From positions 4,501 to 68,500 of the IMG/VR virus record IMGVR_UViG_3300008448_000067: a DNA stretch of 64,000 nt. The stretch is one strand, 5' to 3'. Each line of letters begins with the position of its first letter. Positions within the stretch are counted from its first letter, which is position 1. This stretch comes from a virus. The notes under the pieces were generated by a model. That model had not been told where the DNA came from, made no database searches, and worked only from the letters and a program-made list of their open reading frames with translations. Both the position numbers and the translations under genes were made by a program. Shown here piece by piece: positions 8,983 to 17,115 of the stretch.

Positions 8983-11310
8983 TTAAAACTGGCCGACAAT
9001 TTCATTGAACTCTACACCAGATCTTACAGCAACAAAGTTCAATTGAATGAAGTTGATGCTCTTAGCTGGTTTAATGTAGATATCACCAACAAAGCGATTA
9101 GTATCAATAACTTCTGCTGTATTGTTTGTTTCATCGCAAACAACACGGAAGTCTGTAATACCACGGCGACCTTGAACATCACGGAGGAATGGTTCAATTA
9201 GATTTAGGAATTGTGCTCTAGTAAACTCATCATTGAATTCAAAGAGCATTTGATTTGCGGCAGTTGCAATTGTCTTTTCTAGAATAATGAACAAACGACG
9301 TACGTTGATACGATCGAAAGCGCTCGGACGTCCAAGAGCAGTCTTATCGCCGAATAGAATAGTTCCCTGTCCTGGTTGTGTAATTACTGGGTTAACATCA
9401 TTCTTATAAAGAAGATCACGATCTGTCTTGCTTGGGCTATAAGCTAGCTTTACAAGATTCTTGATCTGGCCACGAGTATAACCAGCAGGCGAGAACCAAG
9501 GATCACGTAGATCATCAGAACGAGCTGTCAGACCAGCAATATCACCATTCAGTGGAACATATCGATATACGTCATTGTATTTGTCGTACTGATACTTGTA
9601 ACCCGAGTCGATGAATGCATACGAGCTATTGCGTACGCTCTGACGGAAGGTTACAATGTTTGAAGCTTGTGAACCTTCTACTCCGCTTCCGACAACATCA
9701 GCTCTTTCAGGAGAAACGAATACTACACAGTCTTTACGACTTTCAGCAATATTATCAATTAGATAGTTAGCTAATTGTGCTCCGTTAGATAAACCAACAG
9801 ACTTTCCAGTTATGAGTAGAGATACATCGACAGAAGTTGGATCTGAGAATAAATCATATGCTGAGGCGAGTGCTGTTACAGGAGCATTAGTTTCTGTAAT
9901 ACCATCACGGCCAGCAATAAACGACTTAGAGTATGGAACAGATGTAGTCGAATTAGCAAGACTTCCTGCTAATCCAGTAGCATCTTCAGAGCGATCGCCG
10001 GTTGCCCACACATAGCGCGAGTTGTCATTAATAACTGTTTTATAGAAAGCTGTTGTACCATCTTCACCAATAGCATCTGAAGCACGAGATAGATTCTCAT
10101 AAACTTCTAGAACAGTTCCTGGCGTACCTGAGAACTTACCATCTTCGTCGACAACTACAACACTTACTTCATCAACAACAGTTAAACCACGGTCTGATAA
10201 GTAACGCGATGTGCCTGGAGCCGCCGGAATAGTATTATAGAATTCCCAATTACGAGTGATTGTATTTGCTGTGTAATTTGCTGCACGATTCCAAGTATCT
10301 TCAAATGTGATCGAGAAGTAAGCTTGAGTAGCAGCATCATCAGATGTAATTGTTGGTAGAGATTTAATCTTCAGTGCTTGTGTACCTACACTGCTATTAC
10401 CAAGTTGAATATAATCACCAACAGATAGAGATTGTAAAATATTATTAGCAGTTGTTTTTACTTCAGCATAAGATAAAGTACCTGAACCAGCATAAGTTAA
10501 GAATACATTTGCTGTTGATGAGTTAACATTAATGCTAATACCACCAGCCGCAAGTAAACCAAGTTCATATGTAGCTGATGTTCCACCAACACTAGTGTTG
10601 CTAAATGGATCAATTGTACGTACATATTGAGCAGCTGAAGAACACTGTGAAACACGTAGAGAATTTCCAAGGTCGCCAGGATAACGAGCTACAAACTGTG
10701 TATTTACAAATGCTGAATTTGCTGGACCCTTGTCTTCAAAGTCATCAGCATTCTTTACAATATTGCTAGCAAGAGCAACAACTCCACTATTAGCAACAGC
10801 ATTCAGAGCAAGAGTATTTGCAAAGAAGTTAAGTTGAGCATCTGTAGAAGAGGTAGCATTTGCACTTAGAACGACTGTAGTATTTGCAGAACCAGCTGAT
10901 GTAGCAGAAACAACAACAGTTCCATCTGGAATTCCTGCACCAAATACAGCATAACCTGCAGCAATACCATAAGTATTACCAGTTAAAATAACTGTTGAGT
11001 TGCTATTTAGATTTGCAGAAGCGGCAGCAACTGTATTAGAAAAACCGGTTGTTACTGCAGCACGACTTACATATAAAGCATTACCATATGCGAGAAAGTT
11101 TGCTGCTGTAAAGAATGTTTCATAATCGTCGGTTGTTGGCTTGCCGTAGCGCGCCGCTAACATATTTTCTGAATCTACTAGAATAAATTTCCCGATTGGA
11201 CCCCATCCAAATACACCAGCAAATCCACCAACAGTGGTGGCTAAAGCTGGTACAGTAGTTGAAAGATCAATCTCGGAAATATTAATTCCAGGGCTGACTT
11301 GAAACGCCAT
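8983..11310 (-). CDS. gp18: Tail sheath protein gp18
   Basis: SPGINISEIDLS, FFTAANFLAYGN, PWFSPAGYTRG, FDRINVRRLF, FEFNDEFTR, IKPAKSINFIQLNFVAVRSG. Confidence 0.97.
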   Translation of the reverse strand: MAFQVSPGINISEIDLSTTVPALATTVGGFAGVFGWGPIGKFILVDSENMLAARYGKPTTDDYETFFTAANFLAYGNALYVSRAAVTTGFSNTVAAASANLNSNSTVILTGNTYGIAAGYAVFGAGIPDGTVVVSATSAGSANTTVVLSANATSSTDAQLNFFANTLALNAVANSGVVALASNIVKNADDFEDKGPANSAFVNTQFVARYPGDLGNSLRVSQCSSAAQYVRTIDPFSNTSVGGTSATYELGLLAAGGISINVNSSTANVFLTYAGSGTLSYAEVKTTANNILQSLSVGDYIQLGNSSVGTQALKIKSLPTITSDDAATQAYFSITFEDTWNRAANYTANTITRNWEFYNTIPAAPGTSRYLSDRGLTVVDEVSVVVVDEDGKFSGTPGTVLEVYENLSRASDAIGEDGTTAFYKTVINDNSRYVWATGDRSEDATGLAGSLANSTTSVPYSKSFIAGRDGITETNAPVTALASAYDLFSDPTSVDVSLLITGKSVGLSNGAQLANYLIDNIAESRKDCVVFVSPERADVVGSGVEGSQASNIVTFRQSVRNSSYAFIDSGYKYQYDKYNDVYRYVPLNGDIAGLTARSDDLRDPWFSPAGYTRGQIKNLVKLAYSPSKTDRDLLYKNDVNPVITQPGQGTILFGDKTALGRPSAFDRINVRRLFIILEKTIATAANQMLFEFNDEFTRAQFLNLIEPFLRDVQGRRGITDFRVVCDETNNTAEVIDTNRFVGDIYIKPAKSINFIQLNFVAVRSGVEFNEIVGQF

Positions 11311-11351
11311 TGTTATCTCCCTTAGTCGAAGGTTATATACGAGTTTTGTTT

Positions 11352-11359
11352 TATTTATA
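11352..11359 (-). promoter_or_regulatory. T4-type late promoter TATAAATA overlapping gp17 stop
   Basis: Exact consensus ~42 nt upstream of the gp18 start. Confidence 0.8.
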
Positions 11360-13031
11360 AGTTAAGGAAATTGCGTTTCTGCTCTGCCCAAAACTCGTCT
11401 CGGTAAGTATTATCATCATTAGCTATTACTGATTCATTACTCTGATTGTCGTAATCATCATCGCCAGTGCTCATAAGTCCAAATGGAAGCATTTCTTCCT
11501 GAAACATTTTTTCATTTTGATCATAAATTTGTTTACGAATATCAACATCTGTAAGTTCTTTTAGATATGGCTGCGTAGTTAACCAAGCAAAAAGAACACA
11601 ACACATGGCCATATCATCATGACCATCTTCTGCTTCGTACGATTGATTACCTTTAAGACTATTTTTGAGAGAGAATCGAGTTAATTCATAAATTGTATCA
11701 TAATCTACAATAATAAGTTTATCAGATTCTACTAAAGTTTTAAGAGTAGCACAACCGATTCTCTTTACTTGTTTAGTAGTTCTAACACCGCGTGTTGTCG
11801 AAACAGAAAAACCACCAGAAAGACTTTGACCAGATCTGCCATTATTAGCAGTAACAAACACACCCTCATATTCTAAATCATAATGCAGAATATCAGCAAC
11901 TTGCTGTCCAATATCATTAGTTTCTACTAGAACAACAGCATCATTATAGTGTTTTGCAACTTCATGAATAATATTAGGATATATCAACGGACTAATTAAA
12001 TTATTTCTAAATGTGGCGACCTGCTTATATGGTAGATTGTTCACATTCACAACCATAAATGCTGAATAGTCAGCACCGGCTCCACGAGCAGTATCTACAA
12101 TGATTGCATAGATACTATCTTTTATTGGCTCTTCATACATTTTAAGCCCAGCTGGCGTTATATGAATCGGTTGTTTATAAACCATGTTACGCAGTTTATT
12201 TGGATTAATCAGTGTGTTTGAAGATCCGAGGAACTCACATTCATATTCCTGACGAAATTGATCTTCGCTCGTGTTAGCAATTGTTTCTTCTCTCCATGCC
12301 TGATCACGGCCTGGAATTTGCGACCAATGAACATCCACTCGAGTATAAGCATTACGAGCTTCTTCAGACTCTGTCCAAATGCGATAGAACATGTTCATAC
12401 CATTTGGAGTCGAAGTGATTAAAACTTTAGAACTTTGACCAGATGAAATAGTAGGATAAACCGAAGCAAAGAACTCGTCCTGAATATTAGTCGGAACGAA
12501 CGCAAACTCGTCAAGATAAATTAAGTTCTGTGATGTACCACGAATAGCGGAAGAAGACGTAGCAGACGCAAGGATTTCAGATCCATTTTCGAGTTTAATG
12601 TTACCTTTGTTCCATTCTGTGACACCCATTTGAAGCCACTTTGGAAGGTGTTCGAACATGAGTTGAATACGGCCAAGAATTTCACGAGCTTGTCTATCCT
12701 TATTAGCCAAAATAGCTATTGAATATTCTTCATTAAACAATATCTTCCAGAGAAGATATGCGGCCACTGTAGTAGTTTTACCAACCTGCCGAGGCATTTT
12801 ACAAATAACGAAACGATTCTCTTCAAAAGAAAGAACCATTTCTTTCTGAAAATCCCATAAAGGAAATGTAATAAGTCCTTTATCGATGTTGACAATTTTG
12901 CAATACTGTGTTATAAAGTATATAACATCTTCAGAACATTTAATATACTCAGATACTTGATCCGGAGAATATTCTACTTTAGTATCTGCTCTTTTTAATC
13001 TAGGATTGCCTAGATAGTTTTCACTACTCAT
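11355..13031 (-). CDS. gp17: Terminase large subunit gp17
   Basis: YLGNPRLK, PRQVGKTT (Walker A), IYLDEFAF (Walker B), TSTPNG, FRQEYECEF, DTARGAGADYSAF, HDDMAM. Confidence 0.98.
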   Translation of the reverse strand: MSSENYLGNPRLKRADTKVEYSPDQVSEYIKCSEDVIYFITQYCKIVNIDKGLITFPLWDFQKEMVLSFEENRFVICKMPRQVGKTTTVAAYLLWKILFNEEYSIAILANKDRQAREILGRIQLMFEHLPKWLQMGVTEWNKGNIKLENGSEILASATSSSAIRGTSQNLIYLDEFAFVPTNIQDEFFASVYPTISSGQSSKVLITSTPNGMNMFYRIWTESEEARNAYTRVDVHWSQIPGRDQAWREETIANTSEDQFRQEYECEFLGSSNTLINPNKLRNMVYKQPIHITPAGLKMYEEPIKDSIYAIIVDTARGAGADYSAFMVVNVNNLPYKQVATFRNNLISPLIYPNIIHEVAKHYNDAVVLVETNDIGQQVADILHYDLEYEGVFVTANNGRSGQSLSGGFSVSTTRGVRTTKQVKRIGCATLKTLVESDKLIIVDYDTIYELTRFSLKNSLKGNQSYEAEDGHDDMAMCCVLFAWLTTQPYLKELTDVDIRKQIYDQNEKMFQEEMLPFGLMSTGDDDYDNQSNESVIANDDNTYRDEFWAEQKRNFLNL

Positions 13032-13398
13032 CTTTGTTTTGCTTTAAATATTTTTGTAATTCTGCCGTTGAGCCGACAAAAAGATTGTTTGTAACTTGAT
13101 TTGGAGTTGCTAACGGATCGTCCTCTAATAGTTTTTTCTTTTTAGCCTGAAGATCAAGTAAGTCTTTGCTTGCTCCAACCATGGTGTTCATCATCGTAGC
13201 AAGAACTTCATATGCTCTTGGATGCTGACTCTGACGAGCTACGTCCATAAGATCAAAAAGAGCTTCTTGGCCTTTATTGATTACTTCCATCATATTTTCA
13301 CGAGCATATTCAAAATCAGCATTTACCTGAGTAGTAGCTTTCTTTTGAATTACTGCCGGCAAATTATTACCACCATTAAATTTATCTATGTTGCTCAT
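13024..13398 (-). CDS. gp16: Terminase small subunit gp16
   Basis: DFEYARENM, SQHPRAYEV, TNNLFVGSTAELQK. Confidence 0.93.
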   Translation of the reverse strand: MSNIDKFNGGNNLPAVIQKKATTQVNADFEYARENMMEVINKGQEALFDLMDVARQSQHPRAYEVLATMMNTMVGASKDLLDLQAKKKKLLEDDPLATPNQVTNNLFVGSTAELQKYLKQNKDE

Positions 13399-14204
13399 TA
13401 GATATTCTCTTCAAAATCATTAATGAATCCATAATTATCAGTTGCTTTAATTTCTGTATAGTCAATAGATAATGATGCATTGCTTGTTGGTTCGCCGGCT
13501 ACAGTGAGTCCGGGCCGAGCGGTTACTTTTACAGTATTAGTTATAGAATCTCCGAGGTGAATATTCGCTTCAACAAATTTAATAAGGCCAGACTTCTTAG
13601 TTGGACCAAATACATAAGCTTTCATAGTAAAACTTAAATTCCAAATGATAGCACGTCTTTGTTCAAAACTTCCTTCATACGTATCTGTAACATTAATATC
13701 ATTCAGAATAATTGGAATATCCATTGTAACATCAATTTCTGGAATTAAATTCACAGAAGCAGTCCACTCTGGAGTGAAGTATGGAAGAATCTGTTCTATA
13801 ATACGAGTGCCATCTTCTGCATTCTTTACCATGATGGACATTTCAAATGTAATATTATACGGCACTGGCATATACTGATAAGAAATTCTATCGTCGGTTC
13901 CGTTATTGGTAGGTTGTTTATAGAATCTATTTAAAGTATTAAGCTTTCTCTCTGTATCATATACAAAAGAAGTCATTTCAAAAGAAATGCGTGGAAGTAC
14001 AACTCCGACTTTATTAGCTAGATCTGGATTTCCATCGAGTCTTGCTAAGAATTTTTCTTTTGGACCATATGAAAGAGGAACTTTTAGTGTTTGAATTGAT
14101 TCACCAGTAGAACTATCACGTGTGATCCAGATATTGTTAAAAACAGTTCCAAATATAATAACATATTTTCTGAGTGTATCATGATTCCAAGTACTTCCAA
14201 ACAT
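13398..14204 (-). CDS. gp15: Tail sheath stabiliser / completion protein gp15
   Basis: Likely start MFGS at 14204; FGTVFNNI, VPLSYGPKEKFLARL, LPRISFE, PVPYNI, IIEQILPYFTP. Confidence 0.93.
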   Translation of the reverse strand: MFGSTWNHDTLRKYVIIFGTVFNNIWITRDSSTGESIQTLKVPLSYGPKEKFLARLDGNPDLANKVGVVLPRISFEMTSFVYDTERKLNTLNRFYKQPTNNGTDDRISYQYMPVPYNITFEMSIMVKNAEDGTRIIEQILPYFTPEWTASVNLIPEIDVTMDIPIILNDINVTDTYEGSFEQRRAIIWNLSFTMKAYVFGPTKKSGLIKFVEANIHLGDSITNTVKVTARPGLTVAGEPTSNASLSIDYTEIKATDNYGFINDFEENI

Positions 14205-14205
14205 T

Positions 14206-14937
14206 TTACACCTGACCTTCGCTGAATGGATCAACTTGTGACCAGTCTAGAATGCTACTGCCTTCAAGTTGAAATTCCGTATTGTCTTCATACGGATCTC
14301 TTGCTTGTTCTTCAAAGTTATAATCAGATTGAACAATTTGATACCCATCTTGATCTGTAATGATAAATCCATCTTGAGTAAGAATATCGTAATCTGTAAT
14401 AGCAAGTGAAAGATCTTTTTCAATACTATCAATTGCTTCAATTCCAGTGTTAAATCTTTCAGAACTATACTCAAACATTTCACAAACAAGATCATACATT
14501 TGAATAGATCCCATTTGATAGAACACAGCATTTTTATTTACATACTTAATAGTTAATAAACGATCGAGCATAGGAATGTATACAACATCGCCTTCTCTTG
14601 GTCTTTGAATTTCATTTTGTAAAAGTGTAATTTCGTTTTGAAAATTACGAACAGAAATTGTAAGAGTCATTTGATCTCTTATTTCTAAGTTAAATTTAGA
14701 TAGGAAGTTACCATCGCCTTCGTAACTATCAACATTCTTAATGTACATATCAATGTAATAAGCTATGTTATATTCTGAGAGAGTATCTTCTCCGTAAATA
14801 TCATCTTTGGCTACTAAAGCTCTAGGACAATAATACATGTCGTGACCATACACTTTGATAGACTCCATTACGAGATCTTCTATCAAAAGCTGTTCTTGAC
14901 TATTACTGAAATTATTAAAATAGAAATTCGTAGTCAA
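14206..14937 (-). CDS. gp14: Neck protein gp14
   Basis: EQLLIEDLVMESIKVYG, YEGDGNFLSKFNLEIRD, RPREGD, C-terminal DPFSE. Confidence 0.93.
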   Translation of the reverse strand: MTTNFYFNNFSNSQEQLLIEDLVMESIKVYGHDMYYCPRALVAKDDIYGEDTLSEYNIAYYIDMYIKNVDSYEGDGNFLSKFNLEIRDQMTLTISVRNFQNEITLLQNEIQRPREGDVVYIPMLDRLLTIKYVNKNAVFYQMGSIQMYDLVCEMFEYSSERFNTGIEAIDSIEKDLSLAITDYDILTQDGFIITDQDGYQIVQSDYNFEEQARDPYEDNTEFQLEGSSILDWSQVDPFSEGQV

Positions 14938-14941
14938 GATA

Positions 14942-15685
14942 TCATCCGATCATATCCAATACAGGTAAACTGTAGCTCGAGATCATCTCGTCTTCCATTC
15001 TTCGAATTTCTTCAGTGGCATCGTCATAAATCTTTTCGCCATTAAACTGTACACCACCAGGAAGTTGCATACCAGTGAACTTGGTGAGATTTGATCCCCA
15101 CTGTCTTTTAATGAGAGCAGTAGCGTAGTTCTGGAGCCAACGATCGTTCCATGCATCTGTCCATGTATTCGGATCAACTACTTCATATGCATCAACAAGA
15201 AGATACGAGCCAATAGGAACTGTATTCCAGTCCATATCAACATGAAGTCTATCTTTATGTCGAGCATAACGAATCGGCTGTTGACCAACAAGAAGTTCTG
15301 TCACAAGTGCAAGATGTTCCATAACCATATAGTAAGGAACTAAAGAAACGTTTGTTAATGTATAAAGATCATTGAGCGCAATTTGATAACGAATATTAAA
15401 CATATCATCAGATCGAATTGATGGATCACCAATCTGAAAGACTCGTACTGCTCCAATGATATTTTCTGGTAGAGTAATGTACTTATTTGTTACATCAGTT
15501 TCTGTTACTTGATGCTTATAATATACTCTATCTGATCCATCAAAATGATAGTCATACCAGTAACGAATTGCTTCGTCGATGCGATCATCTATTTGATCAT
15601 CATCAACGTTGATTTCAATCACCGGCTTACCTAACTTACGTAAGCAATATTCTTTGAATTCAGCTTTTGTGATTGGAGTAGCCAT
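14942..15685 (-). CDS. gp13: Neck protein gp13
   Basis: YCLRKLGKPVIEINVDDDQIDDRIDEA, WLQNYATALIKRQWGSNLTKF.GMQLPGGVQFNG. Confidence 0.95.
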   Translation of the reverse strand: MATPITKAEFKEYCLRKLGKPVIEINVDDDQIDDRIDEAIRYWYDYHFDGSDRVYYKHQVTETDVTNKYITLPENIIGAVRVFQIGDPSIRSDDMFNIRYQIALNDLYTLTNVSLVPYYMVMEHLALVTELLVGQQPIRYARHKDRLHVDMDWNTVPIGSYLLVDAYEVVDPNTWTDAWNDRWLQNYATALIKRQWGSNLTKFTGMQLPGGVQFNGEKIYDDATEEIRRMEDEMISSYSLPVLDMIG

Positions 15686-15760
15686 GATAATCATCCTAGT
15701 TTTGATTCTATTTATTTATCTAAACTTAGGACCTTAGAATAGAGATGCTAGAGATCTTCT

Positions 15761-16330
15761 TTATATTACTGTTGCAGCAATAGTTATTGTAGCGCTATCA
15801 ACAATTGTATTACCTGTTTTAGTACGTATATCTAATGTAAATTCACAAGTTGTAGTCTGTAAATAAACAGTTTCTTGTACAGTCCAGTCCACCACGTTTG
15901 ATGGTGCTAAATCAAACCATGTTCCTGCCGTACCACTGAAAAATGAACCAGTTATAATAGTAGCTCTTGCTTCGTAACCACTAGAAGCTGATGTGGGTGT
16001 ACACCATTGTTCTAAACTAGTAGGTGTACCATTAATTAATTCGTAGACATACCCAGTGTGACTTATTCTATAGCCAGCAGTTGCAGTACCGGGAAATGCT
16101 TCTCCAGCATTTACTGTTTGATTAGTAACAGATATTACTACATCCGAGGTACCATAAAAATTAGAAATACTAATTGTACCTGAAGTTGGAACTGCACCAT
16201 TTACACCAGAAGTGCCAGCAGGAACATAGGTTCCATTGGCATAATATTCACTCAATGATATAGGATCTGAACCACCAAACTCAGTTTGTATGGTCGATAG
16301 CGCTAGCGCGCCAGTGTTTGCAATAGCCAT
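15761..16330 (-). CDS. Putative distal fibre-tip adhesin (gp38-like N-terminal attachment module)
   Basis: N-terminus ALSTIQTEFGGSDPISLSEYY...VPTSGTISISNFYG resembles fibre-tip attachment modules; lies downstream of the S74-bearing fibre. Confidence 0.55.
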   Translation of the reverse strand: MAIANTGALALSTIQTEFGGSDPISLSEYYANGTYVPAGTSGVNGAVPTSGTISISNFYGTSDVVISVTNQTVNAGEAFPGTATAGYRISHTGYVYELINGTPTSLEQWCTPTSASSGYEARATIITGSFFSGTAGTWFDLAPSNVVDWTVQETVYLQTTTCEFTLDIRTKTGNTIVDSATITIAATVI

Positions 16331-16338
16331 TAATTAAT

Positions 16339-16515
16339 TTAACTGGCTGCTAATGGCTGATCAACCTGATATTTTGGACCATCATTGACATCACCGCCAC
16401 CTGTTTGATCACCACCGGGGGCTGGTGGTGGAGTAGGTCCGGTAGGAACTTCTGATTCACAACCAGAAAGAATAGTACCAGATAAAGCTAAAAATAACAG
16501 TGTTGTTTTTTTCAT
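16339..16515 (-). CDS. Small lipoprotein
   Basis: From ATG at 16515: MKKTTLLFLALSGTILSG-C, i.e. basic N-terminus, hydrophobic core and lipobox LSGC, then a Pro/Gly-rich mature part of ~40 aa. Confidence 0.7.
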   Translation of the reverse strand: MKKTTLLFLALSGTILSGCESEVPTGPTPPPAPGGDQTGGGDVNDGPKYQVDQPLAAS

Positions 16516-16519
16516 TTTA

Positions 16520-16708
16520 TTATACCTTAATTTGCTCTTGAGCGTGTTGCATAATTTTACGTAAAATAGGATCTGCAACTCTGTGTGGCAGTTCTTGTAA
16601 AGCTGCTAAAATTACATTCACTTCATTTATATCTAAGTCAAATTTTACAGTTGTAACTTGTGGTGTTGTTTCAACGAGTTTTGAATCAAGTTCTAAATTA
16701 GTAGTCAT
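16520..16708 (-). CDS. Hypothetical small helical protein (possible fibre chaperone)
   Basis: SD GGAG before MTTN at 16708; LDINEVNVILAALQELP..I..QAQEQ motif; within the fibre cluster. Confidence 0.55.
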   Translation of the reverse strand: MTTNLELDSKLVETTPQVTTVKFDLDINEVNVILAALQELPHRVADPILRKIMQHAQEQIKV

Positions 16709-16723
16709 TATATACTCCATTCA

Positions 16724-17113
16724 TTATTCAATTGGCTGTGATTCTTCTATAACAGGTTCATCTGGTGTGTTAAACCAAGGAAGATCATTTAAACTATCTT
16801 CAGTTGGCGGATTTTTTTGTACATAAATTAATTTGTTAATTTGCTCATCAATATGATTTTTATATTCATCTACTACTAAAGCCTGAATCCAACTAAGAAC
16901 ATCCGCTTCAGTGAGATTTTCATAGGGAATAAAATTGTCAGGATCTATTTGATCGAGTGAAAATGGAGTAGCACCATGGAAAGTACCTGCGTATCCATCT
17001 TCGTCTGTACCTTGACATTCCCAATAGGTCTGAAAAATAATATTATTAAGATCTAAAGAAGAATTATCTTGCTTTTTCAGACTTTTGATTTTCCACGTAT
17101 ACGTAAGCGCCAT
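16724..17113 (-). CDS. Hypothetical fibre-associated protein (possible assembly chaperone)
   Basis: YTWKIKSL...FIPYENLTEADVLSWI...LPW, a pattern recurrent next to phage fibre genes; late promoter TATAAATA at 17154-17161. Confidence 0.6.
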   Translation of the reverse strand: MALTYTWKIKSLKKQDNSSLDLNNIIFQTYWECQGTDEDGYAGTFHGATPFSLDQIDPDNFIPYENLTEADVLSWIQALVVDEYKNHIDEQINKLIYVQKNPPTEDSLNDLPWFNTPDEPVIEESQPIE

Positions 17114-17115
17114 CG

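Noticed and set aside
6721-13031. Introns, inteins or homing endonucleases in portal, sheath or terminase
   Set aside because: The ORFs are continuous and of ordinary length, with no intein or HNH/GIY-YIG/LAGLIDADG motifs seen.
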